A stretch of 56,280 bases of DNA, counting the filler, from Sphacelaria rigidula (lineage: Eukaryota): assembly GCA_964200075.2 (NCBI GenBank). It is 4 parts of 4 records of this genome, joined end to end, with 100 filler letters (N's around TTAATTAATTAA, not from the genome) between each part and the next. Parts side by side here need not be neighbours in the genome. Positions count along the whole stretch, not along the records: positions 1 to 13,997 come from CAXNAA020002528.1; 3 more parts are not named here. The stretch is one strand, 5' to 3'. The notes under the pieces were generated by a model, which was given only the letters and a program-made list of their open reading frames with translations, was not told where the DNA came from and made no database searches. Of the stretch, positions 1 through 13,064 are shown piece by piece; the first letter of the stretch is position 1; the number at the start of each line of letters is the position of its first letter. Position numbers and translations under genes: made by a program.

Positions 1-33
1 GGATGACTCTACCGCATTGGGGTTCGTAAGCCG

Positions 34-398
34 GGCGCCGCGGTAGCTCAGTTGGTAACGTAAAAACCCTCTGACGGTTGCGTCGTCGGTTCAATTTTCG
101 GAGCGATCTGAGATTTTTGCTCACACCATGCCCAACCGGCAAGGGCGACTATATCGTGGGTACACAAAATTCGACTCAACGGTTGACGAGGGGAAGGGAC
201 TGCAAAATCCCTCTCGCGTTAAAAAAGAAAAAGCAAGCACCGCAGAAGAACGGTGGCGTGTTACAAAAAAGAAAAAGAAAGAAAAGGCTCCTGTGTTGAC
301 CTTCCTCCTGTGTGACCCCGGGTGGTGCGCCCACATAATATACCGACAGGTGTACACCGGCGCCCAGCAGAGATGGGCGACATCACACACACACACAC
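34..398 (+). mobile_element. tRNA-derived SINE with (CA)n tail
   Basis: A-box GGTAGCTCAGTTGGTA and degenerate B-box GGTTCAATTTTC, with no clean tRNA cloverleaf. The 3' part recurs inverted at 56212-56280. Confidence 0.7.
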
Positions 399-1699
399 CG
401 TCCATTCAAGTGGTGTTCGTTTAGTGTTCGAGGCTGCGCACTGTCTACCCACATATGGCCAGACGACGGCAGCCCATGTCGTATCTCGCCACAATTCCGG
501 TAAAGCTATTGAGTCATGCTGGAGTAAACTGTCCAACCCTCCTCTTCGTCGGTGTCCTTACCCTAAATTTCGGTGGATTATACCCCGTGGTACCCATTGC
601 CCGCGAAATTCAGGTTGAGTGTTTGACGCCGTACCCATACTACCCTAACGTCGGGTAGAAGACATACCCAGCCATTTCGCTCGAGTACTCGACACTATAC
701 GCCGCATTCGACCTGCCGTTGGAATTATTGCTTCCTCCACAGTGCCGCAGGTGATCTATGTTGTGCAAGTGGTCGGCGGCATGTCCTACGCGAATGCGTC
801 GCATGGGCAGTGGGATGTTTCGAGGCCAACTGCCAACAAACCTCGCCACTTCTCCGGTGCTAACTGCCCCTATAGTATTGCAGAGGGAAAACCGACGACG
901 TCGGACTCAATTTTCGTCGCATCTTCGGCTGCTGTGACATCGTCCTCGCGCGACAGCGGCGGAGGAAATGCACCTTACCCTTCTGTTCGGTTCATGATAT
1001 TTTTGTTCCCATTTTTGGTGAATGAAACTCCGAAACTCTTCTCAAATTCACCTTGTGTGCTGTTTTCCAGGTGGCGACCACGACTTCAAATCTAATCGGT
1101 GAAGACGTCGAGGCTCAACATCTTCAGAGGTGAGGAAATTGACCGGAAGAAATCGTACTCGGATCGGAGAGAAAATGAGGGTGATTTTTTTAAATATGAA
1201 AGAACGTCGGCGGACTAAAACAGTGTCACCGACATTGCAGCCTTGTAGAATAAGCAACTGTTCCCAGACCCATTAACCATTCGACGCTACGAGTTTCCCC
1301 CCCCCCTCCCCCGCAGAGAAGACGGTAAAATATGCAGTACGTATTCGTGTTGAGTACATTATTACAGGTATTGTACAATATGTAATACAACAGTACAGTG
1401 TGCGCCATCGGAACATGACCACTGGCGGCGCACAAGGTGCTCGGTGGTTGAGCGATCACCTCGACAATATGTTTCGTGGTACGCGCCTACCCGCGGGAGT
1501 GCATTCCTCTGTACCGCCGCATTACACCGCAGTGCCCACAGTGATCGACTGTCGTAGAGCTTCAAGCTTCCTTCGCTGCACTACCTGCAATACAGAGTAC
1601 TACAGACGTGTTGTTGTTTGTGAAACAAAACCGAATCATGGAGTTCGAGGAAGGAGTTTTTCACACCTCTGAAAAGCGCGATTATGCCTCGTGGCACTC

Positions 1700-2080
1700 C
1701 CTCTCGTTGGGGTCTTCCCCAGCGGAAGCAATGTGTAGGGCGAGTACTCCAGTCATTCCTACTTGTAGAAACATTTATACGGCGAGCACTCGAGTAATTG
1801 CTCGTCGTCGAAAGAGTTAGTAGGGCGAGCCCTCCGCTCATTGCCCCTTGTGGCAGAAAAAGGCAGGTGCTCCAGTCATTGGTCATTGTGGATAAGCAAG
1901 TGACCCCAGCATATGACTCATCGGTCGTGATGAACGACTGGAGTGGATGAGGCAGTAATCCGACGAGCAAATACTGATGATGACATTTTGTACTTTTCTT
2001 GAAGGTAGAATAAATATATAAGGTCATATGCGTATCTGCAGGTGTACCAGCGTCAACCTCCAAAGCCCGTAAATTCTTCT
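1700..2080 (-). pseudogene. Degenerate Gypsy RNase H remnant
   Basis: LLPHPLQSFITTDESYAGVTCLS..W..C.F resembles the RNase H start motif (PDP..PF..TTDAS..GVGA.L). It lies downstream of the gag relic on the same strand. Confidence 0.45.
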
Positions 2081-3137
2081 CGAGCGCCGCCCCCCCGCCC
2101 CCCCCCCCCCGTCGCACACGCGCAGATTAGAGTAATACGGAAGCGGCGTATAGTTCTGCAGTATATATTCACAGGGCGAGCCCTGGAGTCTTTGCTCCTC
2201 GTGGGGAAATTAATGAGTGGAGCACACGTGTCACTGCTCCTTCAACCACGACTGGAGAGAGGGGCCAAACAGAGTTACCCACGACGTTTGACGTGTCTGG
2301 AGAGTATACAGTAGTGGGCAGTGTAACTCTTCAGCGGCGTTTGGGGGTTTACCTTGCGTACCTCTGTTCGAAAGAAGCCGAAATTGCTAGCGTCGGTAAT
2401 TTTGGTACGATAAACAGATCATCCGAAAAACACAGTGCCCAATTCTGTGTTTGTTCGTATCATCGGGCGAAGCGAGTTGATACTCGGTTTATCAGGACGG
2501 TGTTCTTCACCGTCAAACACAGCTTTTCGGCTCCAGTGCAATGACGACGCAGAATTTGAAAGAAGTACAACTGTACATTTTCATGGAAATGGGATCGGGA
2601 CAGGCTCAATCGACGGAACACCAAAGAGTAATAACCTGGGCTGAAACGTCGCAGGACCCCCATGACCGGTCAGACCCTAAGTCACACGATATTGAGTACA
2701 CATACATGATTTATTTGCCTTGTGATGTGGAGCGGATATGAATATCTTCAGATCTGCAATGTGATAAGCGGTGGAAATGAGAAATCGCCCAAGAAAAGCG
2801 CCATTACGAAGAAAGGATAAAATGCCTCGAAATGAATAGATAGACCGCCCGATCCTGTACTGCGTTCTATACCAGACTATGCTGCCGACTTATCCTTTCT
2901 TGGGTATGGACAACAGAAAAAGCGACCGGGCATTTCCGTTGGTCATTGATGGCCCACTTCCGACGTTTGGCGCGTTTGTTACTCAATAATGAGTGCGTTC
3001 GCAGTGCGCAGAGCGGAGCTAACTGTTCAAATGCTATAGAAACATGACGGAGTAGTGCCCGCGGGATTTCCTTCGGGATATCACCGGCTTGAATAGCACA
3101 CTATTTCCCATGCATCACGCCTCGACTTGTGATCAAC

Positions 3138-3591
3138 TGTCATGGTACGATACCTACGACCTGGGTAGGAAGATGCCAGTTCAGTGGGCACCAGGGCTAG
3201 CAGACCCAAACACAGTCTATGTATCGAAGCCATTGAGTTCGATATTGTCGAGTGGGAGTCAACCACCGCACCAGTGGTCAGGTGGAATGCCATTAACCAC
3301 GCGGGCTGCAGCACAGCATGTGCTGCATGAAGGTCAGGCTTACATTGTGTGAAGACCAGAGAATCCTCTGAAATAGCAGTCCATGGATGGCGTAGATGCT
3401 CTTGTATTATTGGCGTACAGGCTAACTTGTGCTTTGCTAGTTGAGATGTATGGTCCAAAACGACTCTGACCCAAAGGGGGCAGGCAGCTGGATTCAATCA
3501 AACAATGTAGTATGACCCGTCGGGTACCAAGCATGACAAGTATGACAAATGGAACCCAGTCGACTGGAACATGACCAATAAATCTGTAACA
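3138..3591 (+). mobile_element. Solo LTR (TG..CA), probable TSD caac
   Basis: TGTCATGG...TGTAACA with AATAAA near the 3' end; direct copy at 5153-5605. The right-hand caac overlaps the terminal CA. Confidence 0.7.
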
Positions 3592-3599
3592 ACTCCACG

Positions 3600-5680
3600 C
3601 TGCCGTTGATTCGGAAGACATGACTCCGCCGGAATGTATCTGTCGGCAAGCTCCACGGGAACTTCTTCCGCTGACCTATGCGCCGCTAATCTCACTTGAC
3701 GTCACGGCTGCGCAAGCTACGCAGGCCAAGACGCCCCGGCAGGTTCAAACGGCACCGGCGGCGGGTGCGCCCCCCAGCCAGCAAACCAAGAATTTAGCGA
3801 GCCTCCGACCAGCGCGTCAACAGGCGTCGCGCCTGGCGCTGCTGCCGGTGTCGCCGCCGGCGCCACCACCGGCGCCGGCGCAGTGTTCGACTCTGTAGAA
3901 GTCGGGCCCACCTGCACCGCCCGCTGCAGAGCAGCCGAACCCACGGCGGCGCTGGACCCAGAGCCAGGCCCATGCTGACGTCGCTGCCCCTGCTGCTGCT
4001 GGTTCTGCTGCTGCTGCGGCTGCTGCTGAGGGCTCGCCTGTGACCCTCCATCGCCGGAGGATCCGTCGCCGCCACCACGATTACCTTGTCTTTTGCCCTT
4101 GTGCTGGCGATGCTGATGGTGCGCGGCACTAGACTGCCCAGACTCTCCGCCAGAAGACGTTGGGCAATCGCGCGCGTAACGGCCGACCTGGCCACAGCGG
4201 GGGCAAGTATTACTCGCGGTGCGACCGGCCGATTTCGAGCTATGGTTGCGCAAAGATTTCGGCAAAGAGGTGGACGACTGGCCGAAGGTCTCTATTTTCC
4301 GCCACTCCTTGGCCTCGGCCACCACGGTGCTCATCACCAGGTATGGATCGGCCTTCCAGTCTGTTCGGTGCTGCAGCTTGACAAGCACGGCTTGACCGAA
4401 AGTTTCCGGTGCCAACCTCTACACCAAAGCCTTAGTGATTACTTCTGCCGGGCCGGGAATGAAATCACCATCAGGGGAACGATATACCAGTTCCACGTTC
4501 GGATTTTCCGTGAAGTACTTCTTCAAATTAGACAGGATGGGCTCCACTCATTCAAACATCGTTTTCCCCCGAGAATCCACGGCGACAGCTTTCGCCACGG
4601 CCGCGGACGCTCGGGTCAGATCTACCTCAGCGCCCGCCGCATGCCCAGCATGCTTTTCGATCGCCGCAACCGATTGCGGCGGGGTGATAGTACTCTCATC
4701 ATGTTTCAAACGAGCGAACACTCTCTGTACATGAGTTGGCACTTATTGAGCCATTGTCACCACCTGATGTCGCAGGGCACCCCCTGCATTAGGGTGCTCC
4801 ATACGCTTCTTGTATCCCAAATACCTCGAGTAAAAAGTGCGAGATGCACTCTCTGAGTACCTGTCCCCGTATTGGGGAGGTCGCAACTCTCCCCGCATGA
4901 CCACGGGCGTCACGCTGGACGTATTTCGCGAACCCGTCGGCATAGCTGTAACCGGTCACCTGCGAACTTTCACGGGCCAGCAGACTTTCGCGAATCGCAC
5001 TTTCCTTGCTTCGTCGCCGCACCACACAGTCGTAGGAGCCTCCAAACTCCCGCTGCACGCAGCTTCAGCAAGTCTCCAGTCTGGATCAATCACATGCCAG
5101 CCGCCTTTCTTCAGCTGCCTCAGCTGGAACTCTCTCCACGTGTCCGTAGTTTTGTCATGGTACGATACTTACGACCTGGGTAGGAAGATGCCAGTTCAGT
5201 GGGCACCGGGGCTAGCAGGCCCAAACACAGTCTTTAGTATCGAAACCATTGAGTTCGATTTACCATGTGGGGAGTCAACCCACACACCAATGACCAGGCG
5301 CCATGCCCATAGTTCACGCCGGAGACAAGACCCATATGGTTCATGCAATGCGGGCTTACATTGGTGAAGGCCAAAGGCTCCTCTGAGATAGCAGTCCCTG
5401 ATGGCGTAGATGCTCTTGTATTATTGGCGTACAGGCTAACTTGTGCTTTGCTAGTTGAGATGCATGGTCCAAAACCGCTGTGCCCCAAGGGGGCCGCCAA
5501 ATCAATCCAATATAACAACGTAGTGTGACCCATCAGGTACCAAGCATGACAAAGTATGACAAATGGAACCCAGTCGACTGGAACATGACCAATAAATCTG
5601 TAACAGTTTATCAGGTTCCACAGCCACCAGACTTCTTCCGCCGAATTCCTTTCCAGCAGGTTTCTATCACCCACACTAGC
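3600..5680 (-). pseudogene. Decayed LTR-retrotransposon gag with zinc knuckle
   Basis: CPRCGQVGRYARDCP (CCHC with H>Y) in ORF 3717-4415, followed by a Gln/Gly-rich tail. Upstream pieces are frameshifted and interrupted by a solo LTR. Confidence 0.75.
5153..5605 (+). mobile_element. Solo LTR with 4-bp TSD gttt
   Basis: gttt|TGTCATGG...TGTAACA|gttt. Removing it rejoins WWLWNLIN|YGHVERVP on the minus strand. Confidence 0.8.
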
Positions 5681-7184
5681 ACTAACATCGATATTGTGAC
5701 GCCAGCCAGTGAAAAAACTACTGGATCACTTCTGTTGAGGGACTCCCCAGTCTCACGGGCCTTGGTTTCAGTGGTCAGCCCTTACAATATCTCATATTAT
5801 CGGTGTGACCTTCCAAGGCATCCACCTAGACACGTCAGGGTATCAACCTAGTGTTCCCGGTCATTATCCAGATCGTCACTACCAACGATCATTATCCAGA
5901 TCATCACTACCAACTCAACGTTACAGCGTATTTTCGTCACACCCTCCTCTTGCTTTGTGCATACTGCTCAATGCAAAATAGGGAGTGTCACGGCTCATTA
6001 CATACCAGGGAAAATCCGCTTACAGATACGTGCCATCAGCCTTATATCACGCCACCGACGAGAAAACCGCGGGGTTTTGAGGCTAGCGATGACCACGGGA
6101 AGAAATCGTCATGAAACTCAAAGATGAGCAAAAACTAATATTCAGGAAAAAAGCTTCATCGTTTTGGAAAAAAATCTCTGACACCCTGTCGGATCATAGC
6201 GAGTGCTATCGCATGTGCTATGTCCCGGGATCCCAGTCACACTGGGGACAGAAACCACTAAGAATAGTCGAAACCTATTTTCAGATGGTAACGGCGCTTA
6301 GACACCCCTGACTGGATACACCAATTCTGGGTAGTGTAGGACTCGCAAAACGCTGACCCACTGAAAAAACCCAATACGTTTGCTGGTTGATGAGAGTGCG
6401 TAGGCTTTTCTCCCGTCGACCAGCAACCGCTGACCTACTACTGGACACCGGGGGCTCCCACATCTTAGATCAAGAGTTCCGTCATGATACAGTGTCCAGG
6501 CAGGTACGCGGTGCCCGCCCTTCTTGTACAATGCTAATTCTACGACATGAACTTTATACTCGAAAAGGGTAGGGTACCCTCAAGTCGGATCCGCAATAAT
6601 GGAGACAGAGAAAAAAGGAAAGAAGAAAACATGAATCGGACCTAGGACTGACTAAAGAGTAAAAAAGGAAAATAGAAAGAGAGAAAAAAGAGGAAGGATC
6701 CAAGCCTGAGAAGGATATATATATATATATATATAATGCAAAAGTACATAGCGAGTGAGAGGGCACCGCAACTCCCCATCTATATAGGACGAGAAAACTA
6801 AGCTGCAAAGAAACAGAAGAGCAACGTAGGCGCTACAGGACAAAAAAGGCTATAGAAAACATGAAAAAAAGACTTCAGAACCCAGGTAAGACAAAGACAC
6901 GGCTGATTCAACGATGCCCATATGCTAGAAGTATACATGTAAGAAGGGGGAAGATAGAGAAGAAAAGAAGAAAAGAAAAAGGACTCAAGAAACGACTCGT
7001 ACGTCCTTCCCAAAACTATATGTATAAAAAGAAATAAAAGAAAGAAATTCGAACTATGAAACATGAGAGCTGGAAACAAGAGTATGTAGAACTGCACATT
7101 CTCAAGGTACCGTGTAAAGGGTTGACACTCTACGCTTTGTCCCATCTAGAGTCATTCTCTGCTTTTTCTCCCTTACGCCGCTTC

Positions 7185-8650
7185 CTAGCTCGTGACTGTC
7201 GGTGTTGCCGTCTCGTTCGACTGCGCTAGCTGTTGGAGTTCTCTCCGTGACAACTCCTCCCAGTCTTCGCCGTCGTATCCCACTCTCCAGAAACTCTTGC
7301 CGTAATCGAACACTTGTCCCTTCTCCTTGAACCCACCGAAATTCTTCCATAATGTGAAACCCATGGGGAACAAGTTCAGGGCATCACTGCGCGACAGAGG
7401 GGCATGGCGGATGCTCGGGCGAGACAGCGTACTTGGTGTCTTGGCTGGGTGGTAGAGGTACCAAAGTGCGAAAAACCCATCCAGTTGCAGGGATGTGAAG
7501 CTTTCCAGGACTTTGCTTTCCGGAAGCCACTGTGGCGTCGCCCCCCCCTGAGTCCTTCCGTGGAACTCCCAACCTGCACTTCCCTTCCCTGATTTGCACT
7601 CGCGGCGGTTCACTAGGGTAAGGAGGTGGGGTGTGGAGTTAGGCGAAGACGATATCTTGAAGTCCGATACCCATGCAAACTGGGCGAGCTCGTCGGCAAT
7701 GGAGTGTCTCAAGTGCGGCGGCCGTACATGGTACGCTTCGACATCAAACGGGGATACTATGCGAGTACGTAGTTTTCGTCCTTGCATTGCCACCTCGAGA
7801 CTGTGTCCGGCCATCAGTACCTTTTTCACCGTCCCAGGTCCCGTATACCTGTCATGCTGCAGCTTCCTATCCCTGCAATCTCGATACGTGGAGCTTTCAC
7901 TCTCCCTCACCATTACCAGATCCCCCTCCGTCACCGACACTCCTGCTGATGGTCTCGAGATGGCTGCATTGCCGTTCTCCCGCGACACTGCTTTTGCCCC
8001 CTGTACTTACCTCCCGGAGGTTCTGTTTGCGCTGTTCAACGAAAGCATCCGGTCCCTTGCTCGGTTCTGCTTCTCGTGAGAGGGGCACGAGCGAGTCTAG
8101 CGATGTGCGAGGTTTCCGGCCGAACAGGAGCTCGAAAGAGGACATGCTAGAGAGGCGCGATGTGTCAGGCAATATACGCTTGATCCAGAGAGCGGGTGGG
8201 ACATACTCGTCCCACCTCTGGGGCCACAGCCTGCATAGTTCCGACAGCATGTCGAGCAGCCATCCCCCAAGTCGCTCGACTGCTTCTTGACCGCGTGGGT
8301 GATCTGACGGCTCAAAAGCGATGTCCGCCTACGACCTCCTGCACAGATGCGTGACGACATCGGCCCTGAAATCTTTGCTCCTGTCGCAGCGGACTATATG
8401 TGGGACACCAAAAGTTAGGCATAACTCTGCCAGGATGCGTGCGATCTCGTCCGCTTTCTTTGATGGTAGGCAAAACCCGAACGGGAATAGGGAGGCGCGG
8501 TCACGTACCAGCAGAATGTACTTGTTGCGTGAGTGCGACCTCACGTTAATGATAAGTAAGTCGATTTCCAACTCGGCCCATGGGTGTAGAGTGCGCCCGG
8601 TCTCATCGCCATTTGACGGCTGCTTGCCTTGTGCATATGGATTGGCGTGA
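7185..8650 (-). mobile_element. Ty3/Gypsy integrase pseudogene (core, GPY/F, chromo-like, Tudor-like C-terminus)
   Basis: Frameshifted ORFs: EIDL..YILLVRDRASLFP, FGVPHIVRCDRSKDF, SSFELLFGRKPRT, GDLVMV..YTGP. Confidence 0.85.
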
Positions 8651-8765
8651 ACTGAACAGACTCTTAGTGTCGGACAGCGGGGGTCTCGGGGATATGCAAT
8701 CCACTTTCGACGGCCCCAAAGGTAAGCGTTACTTCACCCAACTCGACCTTGCCTCCGGGTTTCTC
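8640..8765 (+). pseudogene. Gypsy reverse transcriptase fragment, opposite orientation to the integrase
   Basis: DWRELNRLL..GKRYFTQLDLASGF. Confidence 0.7.
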
Positions 8766-10423
8766 CGTGGTTTCATGAATCATGAAAACTTTTCGCATCT
8801 GTATAACTGTAAGCATCGAATTGGTACAGGCAAGCAGTGCGACAGCGACGAATTGTCTAGGCTTCTTTCAGCTGATACGGACTACGCTGCTTGAAAACTA
8901 GCTCAACAAAATATCTCAGACAATATCTTTCTGGTCAGCATGTGACGGCGTGAGTCACCATTGAATCGGCAAGTATGTAATATAAACAAATTATCCTAGA
9001 AAATAGGGCTGAAGCCATCCTCGGAAAATTTACGTTTTCCCGGAAAAAGTTTAGAATAAACAACATCTTCGTGAAATTGAGAATAGAGCGTTGATTGAGA
9101 ATGGGTTCGATCATTCGCCCTAACTCGACCAACTTTTCATCATGTGTGTGCTTTTCTTTGCCTGTAACACTGGCGTTTGCTTACAGCCACACGTCCATAT
9201 CCCACTCAGGGTTATCGAGGGCTTCGGTAGTAAGCTACTGCAGAAAGCGTACCGGGCTTCGTGGAGGGTCCTTCCGGAACTGACACAATCAATTAATTGA
9301 TTGAACTGTTCTCACTCTAAATCGTATCCTTTACCGACAATGTTTTCGTGAAATTGAGGACAATAGATCGGATTGAAAACCAACAATTTTTTCGAAAGAC
9401 GCTCACCCACATGCACCTTTCAAATTGTTGCGCGACACGTTGGCTTGTAGCATAATAAGAGGCTAGCTGACTCCCAGACGTGTAGACCTAAAGAAATGTT
9501 CGTACACAATGAATGGTTGACAGGAATGTATTATGTACTTTAGGCCTAGTCGCCTCCGAAACGGCAGCCTCACTACACCTTTGTCCTATTATGCTCTCAC
9601 TAACAGGGTCTCGAGTCGTATGCGCCCGTTATAGTGCAGCTGTGCAGCAACAGTCAACCCGAAATCAAACCACAGTGAAACAGTTCAAATCCAGATGTTC
9701 ACAGCAATGAGTTATCTCATTGTAGATTACAATACGAACCAGAGCCAATAGCACAACTGTAGAGTTCACTGGTAAGGACTCACGTGGAACTCATAGCAAC
9801 GGCGGCTAACGCTGTTAACGTCCGGGATCCGAGACAGAGTGCTCATGGTGGGCACTCTGGACACCAGTGCAACTACCTTACGCAGCAGTTATATCCGTAT
9901 CTAGTCATGGTACAAGGACAGATAAAAAAATTCCTCCATCCAACGAGCGTTCCGGGAACGCTATCTGTTGTGCACATGAGCATTCGATGCGCATCAGACA
10001 GGACAATCAGCCATACAACTTGTATCTCGTATCGACCGCTTATTCGGAACATCGTCTTGGATCTTCCGACAAGCTGGCATCCCTCAACGGCCAAATCAAC
10101 GATTCATATCCAAACGTTGCTTAACTCCGAGACATTTAGTCACATCCAGACGTTGCTTAACTCCGAGGTATGTATGCCCGAGATTACCGATCCGGAGACT
10201 AGCTCCTGCAAATACCATGACAGATGACTACTTGATTTCAGACTTGAGAAAGTTCTAAGAAAATATATGGTTCGGGGTAGGTGAGCAGTGGACACAGCCC
10301 GTCCAGACCATGATTTTGTCGAAGTTGGCGCCTGCCCCGATGATTTGAGGTCTGCCAATCCACACTTCGCCTCGGGTAATAAATGCACTCTGCTCGCCCG
10401 AGGGTCTCTTACGCCTTGGGTCG

Positions 10424-10477
10424 GGGTTAGGGTTAGGGTTAGGGTTAGGGTTAGGGTTAGGGTTAGGGTTAGGGTTA
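10424..10477 (+). repeat. Interstitial telomeric tract (GGGTTA)9 inside a MITE relic
   Basis: Perfect repeat; flanks align with the MITE body at 12655-12807. Confidence 0.9.
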
Positions 10478-10706
10478 GTGCTAGTTTGTAACATTCCATG
10501 TTGTTTCCCAACAACCATTGTCTACAAACATTGTTCTTGGTCCCCTCCCTTAGATCGCGAGGGTAGGTCGCCTGCTGAATCCGCATCAATTTTCACCTGA
10601 AAAACGTGTGCCCGATCCAGATAGACTACTCGCACCGCGGTTCAAGGGTTAACCCTCGTTAGGCTACGTTTTAGAATGGTTGACACAGTTCATGAGTATC
10701 GCTACC

Positions 10707-11151
10707 TGTCATATGGAAAGTGTAGCTAACGCACTGGCTGGGGTCTCTCAGTATGAGTGCCAGGAGATACCATGGTGCCAACCCACCAAGCTCCACGTGG
10801 GCAAACTCACACAGACGTCGCTACCCATCCTTGACTCATCACAAGTAGATTCATTCATGTTCAGACTCTTGATAAGGAACTCACGTGTTTGCTTTGCACC
10901 ATGTTTTATCTACAAGTCTCTCTTATTCAGTACAGCCGCAGGGCAGCCAGAGGAGCAGAGCGTAGTGATGGCCCAGGGTAGACCACGGCAAGGGCAGCAA
11001 CTGATCAGATGGGGCGCCGCGGCCTGGGGCCGCGGCTGAGCAACCCTAACTTATGACAGTAGCAAACGCGATAACAAGGCGTCACGGAATCCAGGGTCTA
11101 CGAGCAGACTCGCACAGAGTATATCTTGCAACGCCTCTGAGCTTCATCACA
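10707..11151. mobile_element. Solo LTR with 4-bp TSD tacc, nested in a MITE
   Basis: tacc|TGTCAT...ATCACA|tacc; homologous to 32528-32978. Confidence 0.8.
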
Positions 11152-12807
11152 TACCCCTAATCCTTACCCCAACCCAACGTACGCCGAGAACCCTCGGGCA
11201 AGGGCAGAACATACATCCCCTTTGCAAAGTGAGGCTTTAGTAGACGCCAAATCGGCGTCTGTGGCGCCGATTTCAACGAAAATGCGTTTTGCGCAGGCGA
11301 GGAGCACACGGGACTGTCAGCCCCACTAGAACTCCGATTCTCGGTGTTCACATTCAAATAAAGAAAAATCAACCATGGAAATTTATAGCCCAACGCCGGT
11401 TAACTCTACGGAGAAAAATCGTCATCAGATGCCCCTGAAGTAGGGTTCACCAGCCCGAGACGAAAGAGTATCAAGGCTAAATGCGCCGGTTGATGACTCG
11501 CGTGTGATGTATCGCCTTTTCATGTCGAGAAAAAGCACAGCACGTCGTGGGTCACAGTAGTTCGAGTTCGTTATCGCATGAGACTGTTGACATCTTCGTA
11601 GTCTGTAACGTAGGCCCCAACCGTCAAGTTCCGACTCGAATCTTTCCTTCGTATGACAGACGAAATAATGCTATCGACCACCGTGCACCTGCACCGGTCA
11701 CCTGGCAACAACATGCCGTTTGTGTGTGCAACCATTTTTTATTATTATTTAGCCCAACGGCGGCTCGGAAATAACCGGAACCAAGGAAAATCCAATCCTT
11801 GTGGTCCGGAGCGTAATTTTCTCTATATGAAAGGAAAAACTGACGACGGTGACCGTTCAATTCTTGGGAATGGTACCCGACCTGTAGAATACCCTCTTAT
11901 TGTACATAGTAATCGGAATAACTTTGTCACGATGTGGAGATTTCACGTTTTTACCTATTCGGGTGGCTGTCGATATGGTTAATTTTTTTCAACATTGGGT
12001 ACTACAATGACGTTGACCGTATCAAAATATCAAATTCGAACTAGAGCACATAGAAGATTCGTACTCAGGTGACATAAGCCTTGAATCTACTGTTGGGAAA
12101 AAAGGCTGGGACGTAACTTCCGATTTTCAAGGGGGCGGCCGATCGACGGAGGCGAGTTAACCGTCGTTGGGCTACATTTTAGAATGATTGACACAATTTT
12201 ACGAGTATCGCTACACTTACCCTTGACCCTAACCCCAACTCAACGCACACCGAGAGCCCACGGGCAAGGGTAGAACGTACATCCCCTAGGCAAAGTGCGG
12301 CCTTGGTACACCCCAAATCGGCCCCTGTGGCGCCGATTTCAACGAAAGACGCGTTTCGTGCATGCAAGGAGCACACGGGGCTGTCAGCCCCACTAAAAAT
12401 CCGGATCTCGTCGCTCACATCCAAATCGTGAAATATCAACTATTCTTAAACGTACCCCAACGCCGGTAAACTCTACTGCAGCGTTGGGGTACGTTTTAGA
12501 ATGATTGATATTACTCGATTCGAGTGTGAACAACGATGGTTAACTAGCCCCGTCTATTCCAACGCTCCTGTTCCACGTCGTGATTGACGAAAACCAGAAT
12601 TACAGCGGGGCTGGCACTCCCGTGTGCTCCCCGCGTGCACAGAACGAATTTTAGTTGAAATCGGCGCTACAGGCGCCGATTTGGGGTCCACCAAGGCCGC
12701 ACTTAGCCTAGGGAATGTATTTCCCGCCCTTGGCCGAGGGTTCTCGGTATGCGTTGGGTTGGGGTTAGGGCTCGGTGTGCGATATTTGTAAAATTGTGTC
12801 AACCATT

Positions 12808-13064
12808 GAGCAATGCTACGGTAGGGATGGGGTGCACGTTTTGCGCAAACTCGTGTCTGGTTCAGGGACCCCCAACGATTCTAGATGCACAAAAAATGGG
12901 TCAGGGCAACCCCGTTTGCAGATTCATTCGGGATAAGCACATTGGAACAGTAACCCTGGCATACTCCCACACATTTCATTAGTCGTGGTTTGGATGGGAT
13001 ACAAGGCTCCTAGCAATACCAAGCTCAGCAAAAATATTTGTGCACCCCTACCGTAGCATCACTC
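12808..13064. mobile_element. Sola-like MITE (GAG..CTC ends, 4-bp TSD catt)
   Basis: TIR GAGCAATGCTACGGTAGGG / CCCTACCGTAGCATCACTC; same family at 41371-41626. Confidence 0.75.

Noticed and set aside
34-110. tRNA genes here and at about 32350-32420
   Set aside because: Only A/B boxes are retained, with no clean cloverleaf, and each continues into a repeated SINE body.
3138-5605. Full-length gag-only LTR retrotransposon
   Set aside because: No shared TSD, no PBS or PPT, and each LTR has its own TSD.
10424-10477. True chromosome end
   Set aside because: Short, internal, and embedded in a MITE relic.
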